Source: a virus (Duplodnaviria > Caudoviricetes). Taken from it: 64,000 nt of DNA. The stretch is from the IMG/VR virus record IMGVR_UViG_637000339_000002. The stretch is one strand, 5' to 3'. The notes under the pieces were generated by a model that saw only the letters and a program-made list of their open reading frames with translations, ran no database searches and was not told the DNA's origin. Positions 11,245 through 22,290 of this stretch are shown piece after piece (positions within the stretch are counted from its first letter, which is position 1; each line of letters opens with the position of its first letter). Position numbers and translations under genes: made by a program.

Positions 11245-12423
11245 TTATATACCTTTAATCTTTAAAAACAAATCATAAAGCATATTACACGCTGCGTTCA
11301 CATGCTCATCCTCAATGATAAGTGGTGGGGTTACCCTTACTACTTTGTTGTTTAAAACCCTAGTTATTATTAAACCTTTATCAAGAGATCGACTAATAAT
11401 TTTATCAGCTACAAGAGTTGCTAGTTCTATTCCCATTAGTAACCCTTCTCCACGAACTTCTAAAATCATCTCAGGAAATTCTTTAGCTAAAAGCAACAGC
11501 TTTTCTTTTAAATATTTACTAATTCTTTTAACATGATCAAAAAAGCCTTCTTTTAGCATTATATCGAGCACTGCATTACCAACAGTCATGGCAAGTGGAT
11601 TGCCACCATAGGTTGATCCATGAGTTCCTGGAGTAATTGCTTCTGCTATATAATCTTTCACTAAACATGCAGCTACAGGAAAACCGTTACCCATAGCCTT
11701 CGCACAGGTTAGCATATCAGGTTCAATGCCGACATTTTGATAATGAAATAAAGAACCGATGCGTCCATATCCGCACTGCACTTCATCAAAGCACAAAATT
11801 ATTCCTTGAGCTTTTGTTATTTCCCTTACTTTTTGAAGATATTCTACGTCTAGTGGATATACTCCACCTTCGCTTTGTATGGGCTCTAAAAATACAGCAG
11901 CTATTTCATTGTTGATTTTTTCTTCTAATGCTTTAATGTTATTTCTTGGCACTTTATCAAAACCAGAAAGGAGCGGAGCAAAACCTTCGCGTGATTTTTC
12001 ATTGCCTCCAGCAGAAATTGCAGCAATACTGCGGCCATGAAAGCCTCCTTCAATTGTAATAATACGATTACGTTTTGCTTGCCCTTTTGAATAAAAGTAA
12101 CGACGAATAAACTTAATTGCAGCTTCTGTTGCTTCAAGCCCACTTGAGCAGAAAAAAACTTTATCTGCAAAAGTAAGGGTTGTTAAATGCTCGGCAAGCC
12201 TTTCTTGCTCGGGAATAGTGAAAATGTTAGAGCAGTGCCATAATGAGCTCGATTGCTCTTTCAGCTTATCTGTAATGTATGGATGACAATGCCCTAAAGA
12301 AGTTGTAGAAATACCTGCAGCAAAATCTAAATATTTTTTACCATCTTTATCAAAAAGATATGCCCCTTCTCCCCTGACTATAGGAGTGTCAAGTCTATTA
12401 TACGCATTAACAACATGATCCAT
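11245..12423 (-). CDS. argD: Acetylornithine aminotransferase (class III)
   Basis: YLDFAAGI, FHGRS, EPIQSEGG, DEVQCGYGR, AKAMGNG, HGSTYGGNP. Confidence 0.92.
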   Translation of the reverse strand: MDHVVNAYNRLDTPIVRGEGAYLFDKDGKKYLDFAAGISTTSLGHCHPYITDKLKEQSSSLWHCSNIFTIPEQERLAEHLTTLTFADKVFFCSSGLEATEAAIKFIRRYFYSKGQAKRNRIITIEGGFHGRSIAAISAGGNEKSREGFAPLLSGFDKVPRNNIKALEEKINNEIAAVFLEPIQSEGGVYPLDVEYLQKVREITKAQGIILCFDEVQCGYGRIGSLFHYQNVGIEPDMLTCAKAMGNGFPVAACLVKDYIAEAITPGTHGSTYGGNPLAMTVGNAVLDIMLKEGFFDHVKRISKYLKEKLLLLAKEFPEMILEVRGEGLLMGIELATLVADKIISRSLDKGLIITRVLNNKVVRVTPPLIIEDEHVNAACNMLYDLFLKIKGI

Positions 12424-12698
12424 TTTATAAGTATTGTGGTATTATCTATACTATACCTGAAATGAATCCATTAACACAAAGCTTTTCCTTTAACCTCTTA
12501 TGCTACTTCAACTAAAAATTTGGCTAATGCAAACCTTTTTTGTCATTCTATAGCTAAAGTGACTTGGTTTTACCAACACTTATTAGCCATTGTAAAAGTT
12601 TTTGTTTCTATTGAATGATAGTTGTAGCCTATGCAAGAAGTTTATTGACTTTGAGCGCACTTTAGCCTATACAATTTTAATATCTTAAACTACTGGAC

Positions 12699-13871
12699 AT
12701 GCCCGATCTAAAGACAATGATGTTAAATTTTGGACCTCAGCACCCAGCTGCACATGGAGTGTTGCGTCTTGTTTTAGAGATGGATGGTGAAGTGATCGAG
12801 AGGGCAGATCCCCATATTGGGCTTTTGCACCGCGGTACTGAAAAATTAATAGAACATAAAACGTATCTTCAAGCTTTGCCTTATTTTGATCGCCTTGATT
12901 ACGTATCACCAATGTCACAAGAGCATGCATATTCACTTTGTGTGGAGAAATTGTTGCAATGTGAAGTGCCAATTAGGGCAAAGTATTTACGTGTCTTGTT
13001 TTGTGAACTGACGAGAATACTAAATCATTTACTGAACGTTTCTTCTCAAGCACTTGATGTTGGAGCAATGACCCCTCTTTTATGGCTCTTTGAAGAAAGA
13101 GAAAAAATACTGGAATTTTACGAAAGAGCTTCAGGTGCAAGGTTTCACGCAGCTTACATCAGGCCAGGTGGAATTGCAGCAGATGTTCCAGAAGATTTGA
13201 TTGAGGATATTGCAAAGTTTATAGAGCAATTTCCAAAATATATAGACGATGTTGATGAACTTTTAACAGAAAATAGGATATGGAAGCAACGCACTGTAGG
13301 AATTAGTGAAATATCAATTAAACAGGCACTTGATTGGGGCTTTAGTGGCCCAATGTTGCGCGCTGCTGGGCTTGCTTGGGATTTGCGAAAAAGCCAGCCA
13401 TATGAGATATATGATCAACTAGATTTTGATATACCGATCGGCCAAAATGGCGACTGTTATGACCGTTATCTAGTTAGAATGGCAGAGATTAGGCAATCTA
13501 TCAGTTTGGTGAAGCAGTGCATAGAGAAAATGCCTGAAGGGCAAATAAAAACTGAAGATAGAAAAATTTCTCCACCGTCAAGAGCAGAGATGAAAAAATC
13601 TATGGAAGCTCTGATTCACCATTTTAAGCTCTATTCAGAAGGATATCACGTACCAGAAGGTGAGGCTTACGCAGTTGTTGAGGCACCAAAAGGTGAGTTT
13701 GGAGTGTATATAGTTTCAGATGGTACCAATAGACCTTATAGGTGCCGAATAAGAGCACCTGGCTTTGCGCATTTACAAGCCTTAGACTTTATGGCAAAAG
13801 GACACATGCTTGCTGACGTTGCAGCAATTATTGGCTCACTCGATATAGTTTTTGGTGAGATTGATAGGTAA
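12699..13871 (+). CDS. nuoD: NADH-quinone oxidoreductase subunit D
   Basis: [15 protein letters not shown] ... DIVFGEIDR. Confidence 0.98.
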   Translation: MPDLKTMMLNFGPQHPAAHGVLRLVLEMDGEVIERADPHIGLLHRGTEKLIEHKTYLQALPYFDRLDYVSPMSQEHAYSLCVEKLLQCEVPIRAKYLRVLFCELTRILNHLLNVSSQALDVGAMTPLLWLFEEREKILEFYERASGARFHAAYIRPGGIAADVPEDLIEDIAKFIEQFPKYIDDVDELLTENRIWKQRTVGISEISIKQALDWGFSGPMLRAAGLAWDLRKSQPYEIYDQLDFDIPIGQNGDCYDRYLVRMAEIRQSISLVKQCIEKMPEGQIKTEDRKISPPSRAEMKKSMEALIHHFKLYSEGYHVPEGEAYAVVEAPKGEFGVYIVSDGTNRPYRCRIRAPGFAHLQALDFMAKGHMLADVAAIIGSLDIVFGEIDR

Positions 13872-13877
13872 TCATTG

Positions 13878-14014
13878 GTACCCGTTCAGGCAATGGCGTC
13901 ATGCAAGTAGCTGACACATAACTGTACGAACATTTGTTTGCAAAGGCAGTATGTTAAGTGTTATAGCCGATTTTGCCTCAAACACAAAGGCAGTGCCTTG
14001 ACTACTTGGATCCA
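13878..14014. repeat. Composite Wolbachia repeat (GTACCCGTTCAGGCAATGGCGTC plus WPE pieces)
   Basis: Inverted match to 5241-5263; GTCATGCAAGTAGCTGACAC and TACTTGGATCCAG palindrome halves. Confidence 0.6.
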
Positions 14015-14156
14015 GAAAAATTGATTGTGTACTATACAACATTTTTGATCAAAAGCGTAACCGTTCACTGTTAGACTGCATTCTGTGATTTTTAGCAAAA
14101 CATGATCTTTCATTTGAGCTTCCTTCAATTTAAAATAAATACAGAAAATTGCTGCC

Positions 14157-14240
14157 TATAGCTAAACTGACTTAGATTTACCAACAATCGTCATCCCGCT
14201 ACTTGTTAGCGGCTAAGAGATACCGCGGCGGCATAGCTAT
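14157..14240 (+). repeat. Short MITE copy (TATAGCTAA family)
   Basis: TATAGCTAAA...GTCATCCCGCTACTTGTTAGCGG...TAGCTAT. Confidence 0.7.
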
Positions 14241-14301
14241 CTTCAAAAATATGGTTGAATAATTGTGTGTATAATTATTAATATTTTTAAACACTTTGGC
14301 T

Positions 14302-14356
14302 ATGGCTTTATCTAAGTTTCTCGACCCTAAGCTGGATTTAACCTTCAAAAAAATAT
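14302..14356 (+). pseudogene. 5' stub of an Rpn-family (PD-(D/E)xK transposase-like) nuclease
   Basis: MALSKFLDPKLDLTFKKI, the typical Rpn N-terminus, cut by the intron remnant. Confidence 0.7.
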
Positions 14357-14632
14357 GTAGGGTCAAGAACTGGCGCGCCTACTTTAGGGTTTGGTGGCTG
14401 ATCCATTGTTTTCACAATAGGCCTCAATCCAAATTCCCATGTTAACGTTTCCAGCTCCCGCCTCGTCAAACGCAGCATCCGCACTACGCTTTCCTAGCAG
14501 ATTCTTTACCAAAGTTTATAACATATTGTGCTGGTGATGCTTTCGGTTTGTAATACCTTATTCTATAGTCTGAATATAGACCCAGCGTTTTGTATATCCA
14601 TTCGCTACTCCACTTCTTCCAACCAAACCCTC
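14357..14632 (-). mobile_element. 3' remnant of a group II intron (maturase tail plus DV/DVI)
   Basis: Minus strand encodes GFGWKKWSSEWIYKTLGL, then ATGCTGCGTTTGACGAGGCGGG...CTTGACCCTAC end. Confidence 0.75.
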
Positions 14633-14890
14633 TCTTCACTTTCAGCTAATAAGTGATTTTCTATTTCACCTTCCAAACTTGCCTCCAGCAGCTTTTTTAT
14701 AAATGGTGTAAATGCTCCATCCCTTCCTGTTAATGGTCTGCCTTCCCTTATTGATGACAGTATATTTGCTTCCAGTTCTTTGTAATCTACCAAACCGGTA
14801 GTTCTGTTTACTACTTTCTGACTCATTGTCAAACCTCCATTTTTTTTATATCAATTTATTACTTTTTTTTTGGTTTGACACACTTTTTTG
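14633..14890 (-). mobile_element. 5' fragment of an IS256-family element
   Basis: MSQKVVNR...PLTGRDGAFTPFIKKLLEASLEGEIENHL; end-like sequence CAAAAAAGTGTGTCAAACC abuts the IS4. Confidence 0.7.
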
Positions 14891-16322
14891 CATACGCGTC
14901 AAGTTAAGGAAATAAAGGTATGAAAGAGATAGAATAATAAGGTATAAGTTCTCCCAGAAATACTTTTAGTGAGAGAACCAATGAATAAAATAACTAGCTT
15001 ATCAAAAAAGCTCAAAGAATTTTTTAATGAAAAAGCAGACAAAATCTCAATTACAACAAGGTTTATAAAAAGAAAGAGAAAGCTAAAAGGTTCATCGTTC
15101 GTAAAAGCCATGGTCTTGGGTAATATAGGGGTTGATAATTGTAGCGTAGAAACAATGTGTCAATTACTAAACGAGGACTCGATAGATATAACAAAACAAG
15201 GTTTGGATTTTAGATTTACTGAAGAAGCAGTGGAATTTATGAAAAGGATGTATAATGAATCTGTGCTTCTCTTCAAAAATATCTTGCAAGTTGATTGCAA
15301 AATCTTACAGCAATTTAATAGTGTTAAATTATTGGACAGTAGCTATATTACTCTACCTAACAGTATGGAAGAGATGTATAAAGGTTATGGTACTAGCTAC
15401 AGTGGCTATGAAAGCAATACTAAGTCTGGAATAAAGTTACAATTAGTTTTCGACTACATGAATCAGATAATAGACCAACTTAATTTAACGGAGGGAGTAA
15501 GATCAGACCAGGGATATAGGAAACATTTAAGTAATATATTAAGCAATGATTTGCTAATATCTGATCTCGGTTATTTTGTGCCAAGTTCTTTTAAACAAAT
15601 CAATGAAATAGGAGCTTATTTCATAAGTCGTTATAAATCCGATACCAACATATATGATGTAGAAACAAATCAAAAAATGGAGTTATTAGAATGTTTAGAG
15701 GATAAGTTATTTTTAGAAAACGAGGTATTGTTAGGAAAAGAAGCAAAAATTAGAGTAAGAATTATATGTCAGAAACTAACTGAAGAACAGTCTATGGCCA
15801 GAAGAAGGAAAGCTAATAGATTAGCAAGATCGCAGGGATATACATCCTCTAAAAGAAATCAAAAATTGTTGAACTGGTCAATATTTATAACTAATGTTCC
15901 AGAAAATAAAATTAGTGCTGAGCAAGTATTAACGATTTACAGAGTAAGGTGGCAAATTGAGTTATTATTTAAATTGTATAAAAGCCATATCAGACTTGAT
16001 AAGCTAAAAGGAAAGCCATGCAGAGTATTATGTGAACTATATGCTAAATTGTGCGCAATTCTTATATTTCACGGCATAGTTGGTTGCACAGAAGTGAAAA
16101 AGAATACAGAACTTAGCTTAACAAAGGCATTTATTGAGCTAAAAAGGCGGGTTATAGAGTTATTTTTAGCACTAAAGAATAAAGTTAATAGTTTGAAAGT
16201 TTTTCTTAAAAAGCTTACCATAACTTGGTCTCGATTTTCATTAAAAGACAAGTACAGAAAAACTAGAGTATCTACCTTAACTTCCCTGAATTTACTTACA
16301 ATCTCTTAACTTGACGCGTATG
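14891..16322 (+). mobile_element. IS4-family (IS231-like) element, apparently intact
   Basis: Perfect 18-bp TIRs CATACGCGTCAAGTTAAG / CTTAACTTGACGCGTATG. Confidence 0.93.
14969..16309 (+). CDS. IS4-family DDE transposase
   Basis: LLDSS, SDLGYF, and YRVRWQIELLFKLYKS (YREK motif). Confidence 0.93.
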   Translation: MREPMNKITSLSKKLKEFFNEKADKISITTRFIKRKRKLKGSSFVKAMVLGNIGVDNCSVETMCQLLNEDSIDITKQGLDFRFTEEAVEFMKRMYNESVLLFKNILQVDCKILQQFNSVKLLDSSYITLPNSMEEMYKGYGTSYSGYESNTKSGIKLQLVFDYMNQIIDQLNLTEGVRSDQGYRKHLSNILSNDLLISDLGYFVPSSFKQINEIGAYFISRYKSDTNIYDVETNQKMELLECLEDKLFLENEVLLGKEAKIRVRIICQKLTEEQSMARRRKANRLARSQGYTSSKRNQKLLNWSIFITNVPENKISAEQVLTIYRVRWQIELLFKLYKSHIRLDKLKGKPCRVLCELYAKLCAILIFHGIVGCTEVKKNTELSLTKAFIELKRRVIELFLALKNKVNSLKVFLKKLTITWSRFSLKDKYRKTRVSTLTSLNLLTIS

Positions 16323-16327
16323 CTTCT

Positions 16328-16663
16328 TTGAACGTTCCCGAAATACACGAATATGAAATAGGATACACTGCCATATCATTTGATAAATTATATCAAATAG
16401 CAGAAGGATTATCAGTGAATATTAAAGTTCTGCTACCTAAAACAAGAGAAAGCAAAAAGCTATTGAGTTTAATGGATGAGTACAGAGAACAAGAATCATT
16501 AGTCAAATCTCTATCTGAAGATATGAAAAGTGGCAAGGAAAAAGTTAAAAAAGCAGAGAAAATCAGGGTTGCAAAAAATCTAGTGAAGGCGGGTGTTTCT
16601 ACTGATGTTATTTTGCGAGCAAGTGGCCTAACTGTTGATGAGTTAGGTGAGTGTGAAAATTGA
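16328..16663 (+). pseudogene. C-terminal remnant of a wmk-like XRE/HTH regulator, truncated by IS4
   Basis: YEIGYTAISFDKLYQIAEGLSV (end of HTH) and the KAEKIRVAKNLVKAGVSTDVILRASGL tail typical of the wmk family. Confidence 0.7.
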
Positions 16664-16755
16664 ATTGTGTTTAAGATATAAGTAAAAGTAGTTAATATAT
16701 TAACTATTCTAAACCCTTATTTAGCTCTGCAGAATTTTTTTGGCATTTCTACGTA

Positions 16756-17664
16756 TCAAGATAAAACATCACAGAATTTATCTATCAGTTCCTGATTGTC
16801 CTCTATCATTGCATTTGCCTCTTGCTGAAGAGATTTGATATTTTTTGATGTAATATTATCCATGTCAGGTGATGCTATTTTCAATTGCGATTGTATGCGT
16901 ATATATTTATCAGCTATAACTTGATCAAGTTGGTAATTTACTGCATCTAAACTTGAGGCAAACATTACGTTCAACAGAGGTTTTATCCAACCTATCTTTC
17001 CAAATCTCCTTGAATTAGCTATGCTTCTATCTGTTCTTCCAGTACCTATCGATAACAGTAGAATATCATCATTTGGAAATAACCTCTTACCACTTGCATA
17101 TGCACAAGCTGCTGGATTATTGGCAAACACCCCTCCATCCACTAATACCATTTCCTTTTGGTTGACTTTTAAATATTTAGGTGCAAAGTAAGTAGGTGCT
17201 GCAGTTGCAGCTCTGAGTGCATCTTTCAGCTTAATATTACCTTCTTTCCAGCTTTTAAAGAAAAATGGGCAGTTATTCTGAATATCGTAACTCGTAATCA
17301 ACACATTACTTAAAGTGTTTTTTAGAATATCCTCTCCAAAATATTTATCCAGTACAGATTCAATATTTTTATGTGGATATTGTGCGCAGTTAAACCAAGA
17401 TAGTATTGATCGCCTAAAAAATGAAGACTTAAAAATATATGGTCCATATTCCCGATAGAACTCGACTAAATCATTAGCAGAATATTGAGGTTTATCTTTT
17501 TTACATAATCCTGCTACAACAATCCCACCGGTTGAAGTACCTGCCATAAGATCAAAGATTTCAGCAATCGTTTTTCTTGTCCTTTGCTCTATTTCTGCGA
17601 GAATAATGGCAGGAATGATTCCTCTAATTCCACCTCCATCAACGGATAAAATGTATTTTACCAC
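16756..17664 (-). CDS. Patatin-like phospholipase
   Basis: DGGGIRG, GTSTG, AAPTYF, DGG. Confidence 0.95.
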   Translation of the reverse strand: MVKYILSVDGGGIRGIIPAIILAEIEQRTRKTIAEIFDLMAGTSTGGIVVAGLCKKDKPQYSANDLVEFYREYGPYIFKSSFFRRSILSWFNCAQYPHKNIESVLDKYFGEDILKNTLSNVLITSYDIQNNCPFFFKSWKEGNIKLKDALRAATAAPTYFAPKYLKVNQKEMVLVDGGVFANNPAACAYASGKRLFPNDDILLLSIGTGRTDRSIANSRRFGKIGWIKPLLNVMFASSLDAVNYQLDQVIADKYIRIQSQLKIASPDMDNITSKNIKSLQQEANAMIEDNQELIDKFCDVLS

Positions 17665-17679
17665 TGTGAAATTTAGTTG

Positions 17680-17922
17680 TTATTTGTGTTTTTGCTCAAG
17701 CTCATTAACTTCTTCAATGAGGTTTTTTACCCGCTCCTCGAGGCGATAAACTGTTTCCATTAGTCCGTGATTTCGTTCTATAAATTGATCGTGAATTTGT
17801 ACTCTTAAATCAAGCTTAGCGAGCCACCAAATTGTTGCTACGGTCTGTATTACCATAGTGATAATTACTGCTAGTGGGATTTTTTGATTTTGCATGTTTC
17901 TCCTAACTGTGTAATCTTTCAA
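17680..17922 (-). CDS. Small membrane protein, possible holin
   Basis: One TM segment plus coiled coil, located between the tail genes and patatin. Confidence 0.5.
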   Translation of the reverse strand: MKDYTVRRNMQNQKIPLAVIITMVIQTVATIWWLAKLDLRVQIHDQFIERNHGLMETVYRLEERVKNLIEEVNELEQKHK

Positions 17923-17949
17923 CTACTTCTTGTTTCCGGTTACGAAATA

Positions 17950-18507
17950 TTACTGCTCAGATTCATGTTCTTTTTCAGCATTATAGAGCAAGTGTATAAT
18001 TTCATCGTATGGTTTATCTTTATTGTGCCGTGATCTTAGCACAGCTACATCTCTTGGGTTTTTTCCATCTATATCTCTAATATTAGGATTTGCGCCTTTC
18101 TCCAATAAAAACTTAATAACTTCTAGGTGTCCTTCACCTGCAGCGTGATGTAAAGCTATTCTTTTAAATGCATTTCTATCAAGTGCGTTTATATTTACTT
18201 TTTCCTCTTCTATTAAAAATCTGATAATGTCTAAACATCCTTTTCTTGCTGCACAATGTAACGTTGTTCCACTCAAGTTTGGAGCCATATCCTTTACTAA
18301 AAGTTTTACTATTCCTAAGTTGCAATTACTAGTAGCCACTTGTAATGTTTTGTTATAATTATCTGTAGCTTTAGATTTTTGATAGCAATAAGTAATAACA
18401 ACGCATACTATTAATAGTATGAACCATACGAAATGTAGTTTATCTCTTTCATTATACTTTATTTTTTTCATATTTGGCACACAGTTTCTTAATATTAAAT
18501 AGATCAT
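17950..18507 (-). CDS. Ankyrin repeat protein with N-terminal TM segment
   Basis: TTLHCAARKG, ALHHAAGEGH. Confidence 0.88.
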   Translation of the reverse strand: MIYLILRNCVPNMKKIKYNERDKLHFVWFILLIVCVVITYCYQKSKATDNYNKTLQVATSNCNLGIVKLLVKDMAPNLSGTTLHCAARKGCLDIIRFLIEEEKVNINALDRNAFKRIALHHAAGEGHLEVIKFLLEKGANPNIRDIDGKNPRDVAVLRSRHNKDKPYDEIIHLLYNAEKEHESEQ

Positions 18508-18527
18508 TACTCATTTTTTTCTTAACA

Positions 18528-19472
18528 TTACTTACTCAAAGATGCTGACAACATAGTAAGGTAACCCGAGCTATTTAAAGTATGCTCCGCTCTATTAATT
18601 ATCCATTCACCATCTAACGCTTGATTAAAACCTAGAAGATTAAGTTTAGCTTCTGCAAAAATTTGAGGATTACCAGGCATAGTTACATCTAAAGTTTCAT
18701 TGTTAAGCTTCAATTGTTTCAACTTGGCATTTGCTGCACTTAGTGCTGACTCTGCATTTGAGTAAAGTTCCAGCATAATATAACTTGGCTCACCGCTACC
18801 AACTGTTTCTTTAATAGTTTCGCCCTTTTCATAGCTATGCCACTTTGCCACTACTGAATTATACTTATCACGTACGGTAAAATGCACTTTCCAGTTAATT
18901 GTATCTTGAGGTCTAATAGTCGTTGTTCCTAAAGCTTTTCCTGTGGCTGATTTTGCCATGTTTTTTGAAATAAATAATATATACCCACTAGCTAATTTTG
19001 CCATTGCTTCACGCTCTGTTGCGATCTTTGTTAACAGACTTATATCACTTTCATCTGCCTGATTAATATGGGGTATCAATACATCCTTAAATTCCTCAGC
19101 GACTTTGTATCCATATCCATGTTTTTGGGCTATTTCTTTTACTAAGTTTTCTATGGTAATTTGGCGCCATTCTTTTGATACTTTTGCCTTCAAAGATATT
19201 CTTAAATTTGTTGCATGAGCTTTGATTAGTAGAGTCTTAGGTGGACCCTGTATAGTCACTTCGTTGACTGTATATATACCCATTGGAAAGATTCCAAATT
19301 CCTTATAACCTAGTGCTATGTTCAATTCATTCGGAATATCTATGTCTTCATCCCTGTAATCAACACACACTTCAACTACATCATCTATTATTCCTGATTC
19401 ATCTGTAAGGTGCAATGATATAACTCTATCTTTAATTGATTCACATTTATCTATTATAAAATCTGGCTGCAT
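18528..19472 (-). CDS. Phage late control protein D (P2 gpD-like)
   Basis: HINQADESDISLL and EWIINRAEHTL; synteny. Confidence 0.88.
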   Translation of the reverse strand: MQPDFIIDKCESIKDRVISLHLTDESGIIDDVVEVCVDYRDEDIDIPNELNIALGYKEFGIFPMGIYTVNEVTIQGPPKTLLIKAHATNLRISLKAKVSKEWRQITIENLVKEIAQKHGYGYKVAEEFKDVLIPHINQADESDISLLTKIATEREAMAKLASGYILFISKNMAKSATGKALGTTTIRPQDTINWKVHFTVRDKYNSVVAKWHSYEKGETIKETVGSGEPSYIMLELYSNAESALSAANAKLKQLKLNNETLDVTMPGNPQIFAEAKLNLLGFNQALDGEWIINRAEHTLNSSGYLTMLSASLSK

Positions 19473-19682
19473 TTATTCCCAGACCTTTAATTTTGACTTT
19501 TGTACTATTTTCTTAATAGTAGGAAGCTTTATCTTTAATCCTGCGGGCAAAAAGCTTCCGTATTCTGCCAAACCCAAGTTCTCTGCTAGTACTAATTCCA
19601 CTACTCCATCAGTAAATCCGTAATGTTTCCAGCAAATCAGATCTAACATCTCATTTTCTTTACTCACATAGTATATAGTCAT
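19473..19682 (-). CDS. Tail protein X (P2 gpX-like)
   Basis: MLDLICWKHYG...LPAGLKIKLP. Confidence 0.88.
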   Translation of the reverse strand: MTIYYVSKENEMLDLICWKHYGFTDGVVELVLAENLGLAEYGSFLPAGLKIKLPTIKKIVQKSKLKVWE

Positions 19683-20029
19683 CTATAGCTTTTTAAACTC
19701 AAACTAAATTCAATTTTTCTCGGTAGTCCATTAGGTAAAAAATACATCTGCTTTTCTTCTAACCTAGTAATTACGAATTGTCCTAAAATATTACCTAAAC
19801 TATCTACTAAAATATGTGGTTTTTCAGTTTCTTTCACACTCTTTAATTGATTTAGCACGTTGAGATTATGCAGATAAATCATTCCTTCTAAATCTATATT
19901 TTCTACACCTTGACCGATATTTTGTAATAGTGGCATATTTTCAATACACTCAATCGTGCTCCAACGATTTTCTCTGCTATACTTTAAACTTGTGGGAGCA
20001 AACTTATACGGACCAAGAGATAGCATCAA
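19679..20029 (-). CDS. Tail protein U (P2 gpU-like)
   Basis: MMLSLG...GLPRKIEFSLSL. Confidence 0.85.
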   Translation of the reverse strand: MMLSLGPYKFAPTSLKYSRENRWSTIECIENMPLLQNIGQGVENIDLEGMIYLHNLNVLNQLKSVKETEKPHILVDSLGNILGQFVITRLEEKQMYFLPNGLPRKIEFSLSLKSYR

Positions 20030-22290
20030 TAAAATGTCTCTACCGTATCAAATAAAACATCACGTGACTTTTCTCTTATCCTTTTTATTACTTCATCTGC
20101 AAGACTACGAACATCTTGGTTAGGTTCTGCTTTAATGCTGATAGTGTAATTATTAGTGATGTTCTGAGTTTTATTTTGTTCTTTATTTTCAAACTTACTC
20201 CTTGCAAATATCTTATCGCTCTCTGTCTCCTCAATAAGGCTTTTGACTCTGAAGCTATTTTTATTTCTCTTTGAAAATTCTTTAATTATACTGTTACCTA
20301 GCACAGGATTTCCACTGTTGAGAATATTACTTTTTAGGGGAGTGTGCACTGCTTTTACTTCAGTTTTTCTTTTTTCAAACTCTTTCAGTGGGCTATTTCC
20401 CAATACTTTTCCAAATATACTTTCACCTATCCATGAAAAAGCTTCTTCTATGGGTTTTATTATCGATTTCCAAAAGCTAGAGAAAAAGTCTTTTACCTTT
20501 TGCCAGTTAGTTATAACAAGTGCTGCGCCAGTGACAAGTCCAGTAATTAAAAGTCCTATAGGGTTAGCGAGTGTTACTGCTCTTAGTCCTGTTACTACTG
20601 CAGGAAAAACTGTAGCTGATAAAAATGAAAATACTCCAAGTAGGTTTGCTTTCAGACTAAAAATCGTACTTCCTAGCAATGTAAATCCGTATCCTAGTCC
20701 CACTGCTACAACTTTTAAACTTATCAAGGCTGCTACAGTACCCATGATTGCTTTGGTTAAAGTTGGATATTTTTCTGCAAATAACGCTATGCTTCTAGTT
20801 TTTTCTTGTAAAAATTCAGCTATAGATTTTAAAGTAGGCAGCATCACTGAACCCAGGTTCATACCAACTTCAGCTATTGCGTTGCGAAGAAGTCGTAATT
20901 TACTGGCTGTGGTGTCTACACGGTTTTGAAATTCTTTCTGCAACGAGCTCTTGTACTCTTCTGTGTCAGATAGTAACCTTATAGCATCTTCGTATTTGTT
21001 AAAACTTCCAGCTAATAATGCAATATCATCTTGATATTCCTGACCGAAAAGTTTCATAAGGATTGTAGAACGTTCCTGGTTATCCATTTTCTTTAGAGCT
21101 TGAAAAAAGTAGAGTAATGCTTCTTCGCCGTTTTCGCTTATTCTTTGTACTATTTCTTCTGCAGTTATGCCCATTTGCTCTAATGCTGCTTTAAAATCCC
21201 CTCCTTGTTCTTCAGCAGTCTGAAGTTTACTAAGTAGAGCATTTATAGCAGTTGCAGCTTTTGCTGGTTGTTTACCTAAACTAACGAAGGCATTTACTAA
21301 ACTACTTGTTTCCTTGATGTCAAGACCAAATTGTTTTGCAGTACCACCAACTATTGCTAGAGCTTCAACCATATCTTTTGCTTTGGCAGCAGTGTTATCT
21401 GATAAGTGATTGATTACATTACCAACGTATTCCATTTTACTAACATCAATTCCATAAACGTTAGAGAGTTTAGCTATAGAATCACCTGCTTGCTCTGCAG
21501 ACATATCAAATGCTGTAGACATTTTTGCCACTGTTTCTGTAAACATAAAAAGATCTTCTTTCTTGATACCAAGTTGACCACCACTTGCAGCTATTTGTGC
21601 CAGTTCTGCGGCTGATAATGGTATAGTACGTGACATCTCTTTTAACTTCTTTGCAAATTTAGTTGCTTCATCCGTTCCTTTTTTAAAATCTACCACTTTT
21701 GTAACATCAGCCATAGCACTTTCAAAGTCAATTGCAACTTTAACTGGAGCTGCAAACGTTAGCCCTAGCCCAATAGTCTCTATAATTTGTGACTTAAAAT
21801 GTGCTTTGCTTGCTAAAAAACTTTGGTGACTACGTATTGCAGATCCAAGCTTACCATACTTACCTTTTAATACTTCAATAGAAGAGCCAAGTTTATGTTG
21901 GTCACTTACTAAGTACTTAATATTTCTTCCACTTTTTCTTACTTCTTCATTAAATGAATGCAAAGCATCTCTCTTTTTCAAATATGCTTCTTTTGCTTTT
22001 ATTGCAGAGGTTTTGGCCTTGTCAAATTCTGCTTTTAAAGTTTTGCTCGGTTTCTCTATTGCCTTCATTTGTTTAGCTCAAGATTTTACTTGATCTTCAA
22101 AGCCTTTCCATGACCTCTTGCTAGTCAAAACATCATGACCTAACTGCTTAAACTTTGATACTGATTTTAAAGATGAGTCAAGCTTTCTTATATTCTCACC
22201 AAGATGAGTAAGTTGACTGCTACTTCCTTTTATTACAGTACTGAAACTGCCATCTAAAACTGCTCCGATTTTTATAGATAATGTTGACAT
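20026..22290 (-). pseudogene. Tail tape measure protein with an in-frame TGA near the N-terminus
   Basis: FESAMADVTKV TP901-type core. ORFs 22078-22290 and 20026-22068 are in frame, separated by TGA GCT AAA CAA. Confidence 0.85.

Noticed and set aside
20243-20929. Long antisense ORFs (also 46960-47541, 53489-54037 and others)
   Set aside because: Shadows of well-supported genes on the opposite strand.
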